NCBI GenBank assembly: GCA_001949185.1
Contig: BDGG01000010.1
Coordinates: 535,337 to 599,336, forward strand
From: Ramazzottius varieornatus
Taxonomy: Eukaryota; Animalia; Tardigrada
DNA length: 64,000 nucleotides
Direction: 5' to 3'
The stretch's first letter is position 1, and every line of letters begins with the position of its first letter. The notes below the pieces were generated by a model. That model had not been told where the DNA came from, made no database searches, and saw only the letters and a program-made list of their open reading frames with translations. The position numbers and the translations under genes are program-made. Below are positions 12,615 through 24,652 of the stretch, in pieces.

Positions 12615-14075
12615 ATGGAGCCCCAGAAACACATCTTGATTGTTACGTTTCCAATCGACGACCACTTTATTCCCACTCTAGAGTTCGCTCGAAGAACCAG
12701 CGAATTCCACGATGTTACCTTCGCCATGTCCAAAGCAAAACTAGGTCCTCTTCTGAGACAGAACAACCACTTTCAAACAACCTATGGCGACATACTCTTT
12801 GTCAGTATCGACGACGGTTTAACTACCAAAGAACTCAACGGAAATGGCATCGTCAACCAACGCCTCGATGTCAGCACTGAGCAGTTCCTCAAATCAGCTT
12901 TCCAGAAGAACCGTCAATTGGACGGAAGTTCCTCCTCTCGGCCGAACAAAACCTCGAGCGTTCCATCCAACGGCATCGAAAAGTTGACAAAACCAGTCGA
13001 CGTCCTCATCTTGAATATCCTTCTCGGTGGATCAGCTGTGATCTGTCATCGATACGGCGTACCGTACTACCTCTTCAACCCGTTCAGCTCGACCTTGAAA
13101 CTGAAATTGCTACAGTTCGACCAGCAAGGTCTCAACGCAGGGGACTTCAAATCCAACAGCGTCATTTATCTCAACAGAGTTCTGGAAGACGACAAACAGT
13201 TCGTGAGCAAGATGTCTTTCGCCGAAGGGATCATTATCAACTCAATGCGCGAACTGGAGATGCCCACATTGTATCGCATACCACTTGGCGCACCAAGAAT
13301 GGCCACAATGAGGATGGTCTGTGTCGGACCATTGCTGCCTACAGAAGATTTGGACTCGCCCAGTTCTCCTGACTTGCTGAACTGGTTGAATGCTCAAGAT
13401 ACCAATCAAGTGACTTTTGTCTCGTTGGGCTCGACAAGCGAACTCAAGGCTGAGAATATCTTTGAAATGGGGAAAGCGCTGCTTCAGCTGGAAAAGCCGT
13501 TTGTTTGGTCCTTATCCTTGCGTCATCAGCAGTACTTACCGGATGAAGTTAAGAAAGTTATGGCTGGACGTAAAGATACAGCGAAGGAAACAACCAGAAA
13601 GTTTATGATCGTGACATCCGTGTCGAAGAAGCTGGTGTTGGACCATACCGCTACTGCGCTGTTCGTGAGTAACTGCGACTGGACCAGCGCGATGCAATGC
13701 TTGGCGGCTGGCAAACCTTTGGTCGCATGGTAGGAATCCTGAATTCAGCTGTTATTTGAGACCTACTCATTCAAACCTTCAGACTCGTCCTGTCGTAGGC
13801 CAATGAGTTCCAGTCAAGAAGAAAATGCTAGATTTCTCACAGGACTCGGGACTTGTCGCGCAATCGATGGAATAGAAAACAGCGCTGCAGTCAAAGTGAC
13901 CGCTGAAGTGATTGCGAGAAGCATAGCTACCGTGCTAGACATGACTGGTACCTCTTTCTCGGGTATACGGCCGATGGCCCAGGCTGCATGGTTGTGGAAA
14001 GCAAAGATCGATCAGACTCTTCGGCCAGGCGGAACAAGTCACCGCGAGTTTACCAGGCTGATGTCCCGACTTTGA
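12615..14075 (+). CDS. UDP-glycosyltransferase (GT1), soluble plant-type architecture, degenerate PSPG box, about 463 aa
   Basis: N-terminal VTFPIDDHFIP (catalytic His); WLNAQDTNQVTFVSLGS; PSPG-like VLDHTATALFVSNCDWTSAMQCLAAGKPLVAW|PMSSSQEENA across intron 13730-13798; C-terminal GGTS; no signal peptide or TM anchor. Confidence 0.88.
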
Positions 14076-15968
14076 GCCTCACTGGCGATCAAGGCGTTGG
14101 TGTTGAATGATGTTACCATTTTCTGAAAACGTGTGAGATAACTGGTATGCTACACACGAACACTGATTATGAGCACGAACGTAAAGGATCAAATGTTGCC
14201 AAGTCTCACGAATTAAAGCATACGTGAATGCGCCAGATCTGGATTAGGTACGGTTTGCGATTCGAGGTTCTCGTATCTGGCTCAGATCGTATACACTAAA
14301 CGTTAATCCTCGCTCGCAGTGTCCATGTGGCAAAACCAAGGTTGTTGGTCTGTGCAAGCTTCTCAAAAAGTTTAATTCATCATATTAGGCTCGATATCAA
14401 TTTTTCTGGCACAGGTAGTTTGGCCGGTATTGCGCTCTGTTCCTGACCAGTTTCGCACGAACCGTTTTAATGGTAGGCTCACCGTTCGGACCCTCTGCCC
14501 TGAGTCTCGATTGGTACGGGCTGAACAGCCGGCTTGTTCGGAGCCGTGGTGGTTGGCACCGGAACAAGTGTAACCCGAAACTTGCTGCAAACACCTGACC
14601 CAGCTTCCTTGCTTCGATCGTTCTTCCGTTCTGTCACTAGCACCGCTGCTCTCGCATGTATAGCTTTTAATTTCGAGTGACACACCCTCGTTATACAGTA
14701 CGAGGAGGGAAGCCTAGCTTTTCAAACGGGCATACTTTACTAAGTCAGGTTCTGAAGGTAGCGCTGCCCACTGCGAATTCAGACTGCAGCCAGCTGGCGG
14801 CTGAGCAGAAGTCAGTAAAGTTTTGGCCAGTTACCATTCGCAGTTCATCTTAACCCTTGAGTGAACGACTGACAACTCTAGGCGAAATTTCTGCGCGTTT
14901 TTGCAACAGTCACGGATGGATCCACATTTCACCGTGGCGTGAATAGATTTTGCTGGTTCTGGTTTTAAGACGTGGCTAGAAGCTTATTCCTGATTTAGAG
15001 AACAAGAGATAGGAGTGAAACTTAACTGTAACGAGGCATATCTACCCAAACAATCGTCTTTCCCTCATCCTCACCCGGTGAGGACATGCGCCACTGGAAG
15101 ACAAGATAGCTGTAATTCAAGTTAGCATAACTCCGTCCGTCCACACTTCCTGTGTACAGTTCTGCTCTCGGCAGTAGAACTACTTTTGGATTACAGTTTG
15201 ATACCTGGACACATCCGATTGGACCATCGCGAGCCAAGATATAAGCAAATAATTTTCATCGATGAGTTACCGTATTCCGCAGTCGGTAGTTCGACGCTAG
15301 ATGAGCAACAACTTAAGGATAACTCGAGGAGTTTGGTGGAAGAGTTCGTTGGCGGGGCTGCAGAACGGCTCGCACATGTCGAAAAGAGAGCAAAGTGGGG
15401 TTTGAAATGTTGGAGAGCAGTAAAAGAAAGGATCATCGCCAGCGAGAGATTGAGGTGCATTTTCTGAAAGCATTCAAGGCAATGCTTTTTCGCTCGAGAG
15501 TTAGTAAAGTTTTAGCCGTTCCGATTTTGAATTGAAATCATGTGAAAAGTGTTATGGCGTACTGGGCCACGCCATGAAATCCCTGCGATTTCTACTTGGT
15601 CTGGCCTATATTTGGTCTACTGGCTTAGCTTACTCTGCCCTTTGCAGAAAGTATGCTCCCTAATATCGGACTTCAGTTTCAAATGCCTTCCCTTCTGGAA
15701 CTTCTCCCGTCATGATCTCTACGCAGAATTCCGGTTTGTCTGGCTTAGAATGGAGTGGGGGATGCTTGTGAATTAATTTATGAATTCAGGACCTGATGGG
15801 AGCTGAGAACATTGTCAGTTAGTATAGTGCTCGCCAGTTCGGCGAGTTAGAAAGGTTAGGACTTGCTCCTCGTTCCCGCTATTGTGATTTTCCACTTTTT
15901 ATCAAGTTAGCGTCCGGTCATAATATCACTTCGTAGAAGTTTTTACTCCAGCATGTCTAAACTGAACG

Positions 15969-16800
15969 ATGAACTCATCCAACCATCACAGTGGTGGCCA
16001 TCTATATTCTTCAGCGTTTTCCAACGTATCGGTTGACAGCAGTTTTCTGTGGGTTCGACACAAATCCAGCTTGGCCGCCTGGTTCGCCGTAACCTTCTGC
16101 ATAACCTTGATCTGCGGGACGATCAACGCTGTTTTTCTGGCTGCTATCTGTACCACCCGGAACCTCCGCACAGGAGCAGGGATCCTGATTGGTCATCTAA
16201 CGGCGATGGCAACATTAATGTGCCTGGTTCATGTTCCTATTTTGATAATTGGTACACGTGCCTNNNNNNNNNNNNNNNNNNNNNNNNNNNNNNNNNNNNN
16301 NNNNNNNNNNNNNCATCCCCACATTTAGGCCAGGCGCGTGTACCCTTGTCCACTCTCAATCCCTTTTTACCTGTCGCTTCACAGTTTTTCCTCCCGTTGA
16401 CCAACATCGCCGCCTTTTACAACATCTTCTTTCTGTCGCTCAACCGCTTTGTCGCCGTCGTCTCCCACTGCATTACCGTCAGCTGACTCGTCCCAAATGG
16501 CTGGCCACCTTTATCTTGGCTTTTCGCTAGTGCTGTTTCCATCCCCACAGAGTTTCCCGTTAACGGGGGTAAAGCATCGAACTGTAACGTTCATGGAAAA
16601 GTAGCCAGTTCTTGGTCTTTCTTCTTAACCGCATTGTTTCTTAGGCATACGCATCAACCCTCGTTGGGGAGGCTGTTCCATCGCTGAATACAAACCCGGT
16701 CAGTTTGACTACCGTATACTTCAGCCTGCTTTAGGAACGTATCTTCTCTTATCCCTGACGGGAGTACTGCATATTGTACTACTGGGATCGTTTATATAGT
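15969..16800 (+). pseudogene. Rhodopsin-class GPCR fragment (TM1-TM5), disrupted; spans assembly gap
   Basis: TM1 CGTINAVF, NLRT..ILIGHL, TM3 FLSLNRFVAVV (DRY-like), then frameshift to PLHYRQL; stops follow; ECL2 Cys/TM5-like WGGCS..LGTYLLLSLT. Errors next to the N gap cannot be excluded. Confidence 0.6.
16264..16313. other. Assembly gap (50 N)
   Basis: Run of N in sequence. Confidence 1.
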
Positions 16801-16834
16801 CCTCTTTATCTATCCGATTCTGGCTAACTCCCTG

Positions 16835-16944
16835 CCGAGCGCCCGACTAGCGGAAATATCCACCGGACGTGGAGATATCCACCAGGTCCTTACATTATAT
16901 CTCGGCGTAAGTACCCGGTGGATATTTCCGGGCCGGGCACCTCG
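16835..16944. repeat. Short foldback/hairpin element
   Basis: Perfect 16-bp inverted repeat CGGAAATATCCACCGG (16851-16866) / CCGGTGGATATTTCCG (16915-16930) with imperfect GC-rich extensions. Confidence 0.6.
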
Positions 16945-17009
16945 TAGATACACTTCCCACAAAGATACGGTATAACACACACAAAAGGGTCTTCATATTT
17001 AGGAAATGT

Positions 17010-17707
17010 CTAAGGGGAAAAGTGCGGCCACGTCTTGATTTCGTTGTACAGCGCGGTTCCGGGACACTCGGTGCTCCCCATTTGACGATGCCCCTTCAGC
17101 TTATAGTCCTTCTTGAGACGACCAGCAGCAGCTGCTTCGGCGATCAAAGCCTTTGCTGCATTTCTCGCCGCCAGCGTCGGAAGTGAGTTAGTAAAGGTTC
17201 CGAGGAAGCAGAAGCCGTAACCGGTGCTGTTATAATTCATCGTGTGCGCTCCCACGATGCCCCACCCACGACCTTCGAACACCGACCCATCTCCCCCAAT
17301 CAAAAACCTACATCACAAATGAGTCAACCATATCCGTGGCTAATTAACCTTCGAAGTTTTCTGGTTTTGATACTGCGCTAAAGCCTCACGTGTATCCAAT
17401 GTCGCTCCACTTTTGCGTATCCATGTGGTAATTTTGAATACTGCGAACGGTTCTTTTTCCACTCTCCAGATCTTTAGGTTCCGTTCCAGCGGAGTGATGA
17501 ATGAAGGCATCTGTAAGCGGAAGAAGATATTGTTCTATTTCTAAAGTTTAGTTTACAATAACAATAAATATCAGAGGGGCGAAGTTGCAACCTACAAGTC
17601 ACGGGTTCTTGTAGGCGCGAAATAGATTGTGGTGGCCGAGCTCCCCACTCCGCACGGCGGACAATCTTGACCGCCCGGGAGGTGGCACTCTGTGCGTCCG
17701 AATCCAT
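17010..17707 (-). CDS. Peptidoglycan recognition protein, short catalytic (N-acetylmuramoyl-L-alanine amidase) type
   Basis: Exons 17707-17596, 17510-17390, 17307-17010: RAEWGARPP, YAFIHHS, IQNYHM..WSDIGYTFLIGGDG.VFEGRGW..VGAHT, GHRQ..TECPG; Zn-site His/Tyr/His/Cys intact. Confidence 0.95.
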
Positions 17708-18091
17708 TGCAAGCTTAGGCGGAACTAACGTTAACTAATCACTGAGAAATTCGTATAAGCACACCAACGTAACTGGGTTGAACAGAAGTTTGTGAGAGAC
17801 TGTCACGGTTTTAATGCGATTGACGAGTACAACCCAACGCGGTTCGCCAAAGCCTTTTCGATAATTCTTACCTGAGCATCACGTGAAAACGAGTATTGTT
17901 CCCGTGTCCTCGTAGGATTATTCGCATGACATTGAACGATAAGACATTCTAGCCGATTACGCGTCATAACTTCCTCGTGAAAGGAATGTCGGTATTGTTG
18001 TTGACCTTGACGTGATATGGATATTCCCATGTCACAGCCAATCACAATGCTCAATCCTCAGCGCGACGAGACAGATAATAAGCCTTAAGTA

Positions 18092-20973
18092 CGAGGTGAA
18101 GTGCAAAACTTTACTAGCGGCTAAAACATTACTAAGCACCTTTAGAGAAGGATTTCTCAACGCGTATTGGATAGATTTGCTTGCTCCTTTTTTTAAAAAA
18201 TTCAGCAGGCTCTTGTCTTGGCTTTTGGTGAGGCGAACTGAAAAACGAGTAGGGACACAGACACAGGAATTTAAACTGTCCCGACTCTTCCTCGATATTA
18301 GGAAAAACACTCCCTGAAGAGCGGCGCCACACGTTTCCGGTCGGTCAGCTGACTTCACCATCTACGTGCTGAGTAAGGCAGCAGCCTGCCTCGTCGCTTG
18401 AAAAGTTAGTAATGTTTCCGCAGTACCAGATTATCCCAAGGACAAGTCCTTGATTAATTGATATTAAATGTTTCCCACTTAAAAGTTTTGTGAATTTCAT
18501 TTTGTAAATCATTCAGCATTGCTGAAATTTGCTGTCCTCGCTAGTTCTTTCTGTTCTTCTTTGACTGCAATAATATTATCACTGTAATACTGCTGTGCGA
18601 ACATGGAGAAGCCTGTGAGGAAGTACAACGGAAATCATACTGGTCTGCTGGATGCGTTGGCAGCAATCGAGAGCGGAGCGATGACTACGAACCGAGCCTC
18701 AAAACACTTCGGTATCCCTCAGAAGAGCTGAGCAATAAGATCAACGGAGTTCATACGAAGAAGGTTGGCAGACCTCGAACTTTTACGGATGAGCAGGAGA
18801 AAGAGATCTGTGACATCTTACAGTGCTGCGCAAAGGTTGGAGCGCCGCTCAACAAGAGGAAACTGATGGAAATCGTCCGAGCAATTGCACTTCACAAAGG
18901 TAAATCTTCTTCGTAAACAGGGGCCGTAATCAAAGTTCTTCCTCTTCCGCCGATCGGGTATTCCCATGTCAATTGAACTACCTGGTGGGCTAGCGAAGCT
19001 GTTTCTGTTCATGTGTGGAATGGTATTATTTATAGGCATTGACGAAGGAAAGTTCGGTTCTCGGTGGCACCGAGATCTTTTGGGCAGGCACAAGGAGGTG
19101 TCGTTGCGAACGCTTTGTGCTGTAAGCATGAAGAAGTCAAGAGAATGGACCAGAGATCGATGTGAAGGATGGATCAAGTTGCTGCAGGAATACGATGATG
19201 ATGGATATTTGAGTAATCCGGATGGAACTTGGAATCTCGATGAGAGCGGATTCAAGGTTGCTGAAATGTACGATAAAGGATATGCCCAGAAAGGAACGCC
19301 CAATGTTACTGGGTACGTCAAAGGTTCGGCAAGTGATCGCGACAATATGACACTTTTAGCTGTGGGAAACGCCAGCGGAAAGATGCTGCGGCCGTTGATA
19401 CTGTATAGCGATAAACTTCACATCGAAAGTCACTTTGACGAGACTGATGACCAGTGTTTCCTAAGTACCAATGCTTCTGGTGTGATGGACACCTTTGTGC
19501 TGACGGATTACCTTGAGAAAGAATGGCTTCCATCTCTAACCTGTGAAAAGGTACGGCTCGGCTAGACAAATTTGATTCTTGAAAAATTTTCGAAAAAAAT
19601 AATCTACATTTTCAGAATATCTTATTCTACGATGGCCATTCGTCACATCTGAACTGCCTTGCACTTCTCGCCGCTTGCATGGAAAGGAGCATCGAAGTGG
19701 TGAGTTTACCTTCCGGCCAAACCAGTTGCCTCCAACCTTTGGGCAAGAAGGTATTCGGTGGTGTGAAACAAAAGTGGCGTCAGTATCTTCAAGATTCAAG
19801 GATGAACACTGATATCGACGTAAGAACTTAATTTTTGCTTCTGACTTGATCAGCCCCTGTCTAGTTCTCGTCTTTCTGAACCGCTCATTTTAGGTGACTC
19901 GTCAAAACTTTCCGTCGCATATTGTCAAGTTATAGGCTCCGAATGCTTCGCCATATTCGTTCAACCTAGGCGGTCCTTTGAAACATGGCTTTGAGCTGAC
20001 AGGAATCTTTCCCTTCAGCTCTGACGTACTAAGGGCAACCGTTGATCCAAATCTACCGGTGGACGAAGATGAGGATGAGGATCAAGAAGTGATCGCGCGT
20101 GAGTACCATTACGGTGAGATTTCCAAAATTCTTCAAGAAAGCCTGGGCTTAGACGAGGACAAGACTAGAACATGCCTAATCCAGATCAAACAGATTGTCC
20201 AGCGCGCATCAGCTGCTCAAGTTATCGCTACTGACTTCCACGCTCATCTGCTGAAAGCGGCACCAAAGAAAAAAAGACAGCTAAAAGATTCTCGTCTTGA
20301 TCCCAAGCACGGGCTAGCTTTAACTCGATCAGAATTCATCAGGGTCAAATTGGACGCAATCCGCAAGGCCAAAGAACAAAAAGCCAAGACCAAGAAACAG
20401 AACAAGAAAGATGCTGTTGCTCGTCCCGATGATGTCCCTGTAAGCGCCAAGAAGAACCCACGCACACGGAAAGCAACTCCGAAGACGCCAAAGACCAGCG
20501 AAGTTCCAGTAGATTCGTCCGTTCCATCCACCAGCAAGGCTCCAGGTCGAGCCCGGCTTGCCAGAACCGCAAAGAAAGCCGTCGAAAGTGCGAATTCCGC
20601 ATTGAAAGCACCTCCCAAGCCGAGGAAGCCCAGAGCAAAGAAACAGTGAAGTCGGTAGCAGATGATTGTATCGAATTTTGTTTTTTAAAAACGACTCTTT
20701 GTCCAGATCAGGTCGTTCAAATGCTACCTCGCCGAGGTTCTAGGCGGTTAAAGCAGAAATCCTTGTCCAGTGCCACCTTTGTGACAGTAAAACTACAGTG
20801 ATTTCTATTACAGTTCGGCCAAACGAAAATCTCCGCGGAAACTTTACTAACTTTTCTCTCACAGCAAGGCTTGCTCTGGCTGCTTCTTGTTAGATTTTCC
20901 AGCACCGCAGTGCCACCTTGAAACCCAAGGTAGTAATGTTTTAGCCGCTAGTAAAGTTTGGCACTTCACCTCG
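18092..20973 (+). mobile_element. pogo/Fot-like (Tc1/mariner superfamily) DNA transposon, full length 2882 bp
   Basis: 43-bp TIRs with one mismatch (18092-18134 and 20931-20973), TA TSD at 18090-18091 and 20974-20975, internal transposase. Confidence 0.95.
18603..20649 (+). pseudogene. Inactivated pogo-like transposase (HTH_psq + CENP-B HTH + DDE_1) with 3 introns
   Basis: ASKHFGIP, GRPRTF, WNLDESG, FYDGHSSHL, LQPL[G], GFELTGIFP. Introns 18900-19035, 19551-19615, 19820-19893; frameshift near 18727; in-frame TAG at 19933. Confidence 0.88.
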
Positions 20974-21017
20974 TACAACGCATTTGTAACATCGGCAAAT
21001 GATTTGAACTAATTGCT

Positions 21018-21070
21018 CCCCCAACTGGCGCACGCTCTCCGCTGTTAACAATGGAAAAGTGCGCCACTCG
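21018..21070. repeat. GTGGCGCAC-N25-GTGCGCCAC palindromic element, single unit (intergenic)
   Basis: CTGGCGCAC 21025, 25-bp spacer, GTGCGCCAC 21059. Confidence 0.75.
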
Positions 21071-21139
21071 AGCTAAAAATCATGTTCACTTTATTTGCCG
21101 ACGACCAATATTCTTTTCAACGTTGATACAACTCGCTTA

Positions 21140-23544
21140 TTAGTCGTCCCAGGGTTGAACCAGATCACCGTGCAAAGAATAGTCAGAACGCGGGTCCAGC
21201 GGTGGTTTCACAACTCGTGAATAGGACTCGTTGAACTTGCGAATCTTATCCATAATTTTGCGAACAATACCAGGGAACTGTTTTGCTACGTTCTGACGTT
21301 CGCACGGGTCGCTAACAACGTCAAACAAGCAAGGTTTCACAAGCGGCTCGCATGGCACTGTCTCCACATTACCACAGCGCAGAGCTCCAGGGGTGTCCCG
21401 CACCATGGAGGATTGCAGTCCCCCAGAGGGTTCCATCCTACGGACAACGAAACAGAAGAGTAATAAGTAATCAGAAGGTATTTTTCAACTGGTACTTTAA
21501 ACTGCAGCCGTACCATTGATCAGGTCGGGGATGATAAACCGACGGTGTTTCGTAGTGCACGACCTTGTATTGCTTCCATCTGTACGCGTAATCGCCGAAG
21601 TTCGGGTCGGCTTGAATGAACATCTCCGTCCTTGGAGACGGAGTACCCTTGGATATCGAGTCCCAGATATCAAAGCCGTCGAGATCTTCTGGAAGTCTTT
21701 CTGCCTTTCCACCAGCAAGGCGGAAGAACGTCGGTAGCCAGTCGCACATGTGATGGAGTTCGTTAGAGACTCGTCCTGGTTTCTCCAGTAAGGGGCTCCA
21801 CACTACGGTTGCCACCCGTATGCCGCCTTCCCATCTGCGAATTACAGTTGGCTCAAACTATGTCGGCATGAAATGGTTCACTCGGAAGTTTTTTACTGAG
21901 TGCCTTTCGCGCCTCGAAGCGGCCAGTTGCTGGAGTAGAACTTAAACTGGGGACGTATGATGTATTCTTCTCCGGCTCCGCCATTATCCGACATTACGAC
22001 CACGATAGAATTGCTCAACATGTTGTTTCTCTTCAGCGCTTCCATAACAGCACCCACAGAATCGTCGATCATAGCTATGGTGGCTGAAAAATCGAACTGA
22101 TGAGAAGCTAAAATGTAAGCTGGAGGTAAGCTGAGCCGACTAACCGGCATGTTTTCGGCGTCCTTCATGCTTGATATTAGGAAAACGGTCGTAATATTCT
22201 TGATCAACAGGTGGCGACTGGCCAACCACGTCTTGGAAGAGGTTCGCGTGTGAGAAGTACAGAAACATTGGCTGCAAAGGCAACGATTGTTGATGCACGA
22301 TCTAGGCCTTACCGGTCATCACAACTGAGGATGCGGCCGCGGATGACCGGGATTGTTTTTCTCGGGGATTCATGCCGCATAGGTGTGGTTACCTTTGTTG
22401 GATCATGATTGCTGATGTGCTTAACAGCAACTTCGGTAAGTACTTTGGTGATATGTTGTCCTTGGTAATTTCTGGCTGGTCGATCGTTATCCCACAGATC
22501 CAGCGCGTCAAAGGTGTCCTGTAAGTAATGAAGAATCCATATGCTGTCATTCCGTGAACGTGAGCTAAATTACCGTATTGCCATAATTCTATCGCTGTAC
22601 TGTAACCCGGGAAATTCAAAGATTTACACTCAGAACTTACTCCCGTTGTATGATTGTGATGTTCGATACCCGGGCCATAGAATCCGAAGAATGTGTCGAA
22701 GCCGCGGTTTGCTGTTGAAATGAAAAACTGTCCTCCGTTCGTCTTGACAAAAAAAGACGGCTCACATTACTTGGTAAGTATCTCGTTTGGAAGTGGCCTA
22801 AATGCCATTTGCCGACTGCGTGGGTGTCGTAGCCAAGTTCTCTCAGGAGTTGTGGGAGTATTTTGACGGAAGGATCCAAGCCAAGGCGGTGACGTACTTG
22901 TATTACTCCATGATGCAGTTCTGTCAAAATCAAACTCGATATGGACAAACTCAACAGTCAACACCCAGTGCAGCTCGTCCAGCAACTCGTGGAATTCGAA
23001 AGGTAAAAAAGGGGGCGGTACCGTGTCTGATAGGATATTTGCCAGTCATCAATGCAGCTCTGCAAGGCGTGCGTAATAACATAAGTGGTTAAGACTCCCC
23101 TAAAAGTCACGCTAGGAACGCAAAAGCCGCCATACCTGGATGGAGAGCAAACGTATTGGGCGTAAAAGCTGTTGAGTATAACGCCTTCTGCTGCTAACCG
23201 GTCAATGTTCACCGTGCGCATTTCATCGTATCCGTGAAAACTTACGTCGTTCCATCCCTAGAAACATGCAGGTACTGTAGTGCAAAAATCGCGACGTGGG
23301 TTCCTGTTAGCGGCGCGCGTTCTCTTACCAAATCGTCCAGGAGGATAAACACGATGTGTGGTCTGGTGGCATTCGCCTTCAGCGAAGTTTCAGAAGCCGT
23401 TGGCTCACCCCAAAGCAGCAATCTCAACTGCGGAAAATTGTGGTACAGTAGTTCTCCAGAAAGAAGGATGATCAGTGAGGCAAACAACACATGGAGGAAA
23501 GAAAAGGGAGCCGGTCGCGGATTCACTTCCTCATTTGGCTCCAT
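21140..23544 (-). CDS. Arylsulfatase (ARSB/ARSI/ARSJ-like), N-terminal signal anchor
   Basis: PHIVFILLDDL|GWNDVSFHG; formylglycine motif CSPSR|AALMTGKY; GKWHLG; RGFDTFFG; MSDNGG; NWPLRGAKGT; CLFDVVSDPCE. Multi-exon. Confidence 0.92.
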
Positions 23545-23876
23545 GCTTTGATATCGAGTAATCCTCAAACCAACCGGAATATCTCTGCCTGTTGCTCCAG
23601 ATCAGCATGCGAACGTATGGTTGGAAATGTACTGAAACGCCATGCTGTGCTTGCTGAGTGTCAGCACCTGCTTTGGTGAATTAAGTTACGACCTCAGTAA
23701 AACTGATCTTAAGTGTCTCTCGCGACGAGACTGATAGCTCCCGAGACGGAGCATTTTACCGGTAAAAAAAATAAAAGCCACTACACTGATTAAAATTTCC
23801 AATCCTACTGGTCTCAACGTCTTTGGTTACGGTACCAGAAATCTCAAGGTGGTTACTGGAGCAAACAGGTGGCTCA

Positions 23877-24176
23877 TCAGTCAGCCCAAGGTTTGACCAA
23901 ATTATCATGCAAAGAGGGTGTACAGAATGTGGATCCGTGGGTAACCTGACCGTATGCGAATGGGATTCGTTGAAAGCGCAAAGTTTGTTCATCAGTTTAT
24001 GCACAATAGCAGGAAACTGTTTGGCTATGTTCCGGTACTCACACGGATCGTTGACAAGATCAAACAAGCTAGGTTTCACAAAGGGTTCACACGGTAATTT
24101 TTTCACATTGCCATACCGAAGAGTTCCGGGTGTGTCCCGTATCAAAGAATCTTGCAGTCTTAGGACTGGCTCATAC
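23877..24176 (-). pseudogene. Orphan duplicate of the arylsulfatase last exon
   Basis: LQDSLIRDTPGTLRYGNVKKLPCEPFVKPSLFDLVNDPCEYRNIAKQFPAIVHKLM parallels the 21140-21436 exon; end frameshifted; no upstream exons found. Confidence 0.8.
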
Positions 24177-24652
24177 CTCCAAAACTTTAACACAGAACAC
24201 CTAAAGACGTCCCTGGAGACGTCGACTCTTCCCAGAGCAATAGTTTGGTCTGCGAAAAGATGGACTGGACTTTGCAGAAAGCAGTTGTGAAATGCCAATC
24301 ATGGCTTTGACGTCACGAGTCGAAGCGAAGCTAACTCAGATAGTTGTACCGTTTCAACTTTTTCAGCATGAAGGCGTTTGAATGGGTGGAATAGCGATCG
24401 TGATAAATGTGAGGTTTGGTGCTTTTGCAACGATATCAAACGTTCACCTCGTTGAAAAACAAACTCTTGTAATTTAAGTGGACCAAAGCTTTGGAATTTC
24501 AGCGATTATGAAAGAGAAAACTCGCAGAGTGCTGGCAACGATAAAAAGCGTGCGTAATCGAACGAGGACAAAGGGAAAAACTTACGGCAGGTCTAAACTT
24601 GAGCAATCCTGAGAGTATGTATTCGAAAAACGGTGTAACAAAGCAAATGAAA

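Noticed and set aside
14849-14862. TTAACCCTT piggyBac-like terminus
   Set aside because: No matching opposite end found in the window.
14372-15776. Short ORFs between the UGT and the GPCR relic
   Set aside because: No recognisable motifs or consistent splice model; may be a decayed gene but unsupported.
20244-20649. Dsup/histone-H1-like gene suggested by the K/A/P-rich ORF
   Set aside because: It is the C-terminal exon of the transposase inside the TIRs; similarity is compositional only.
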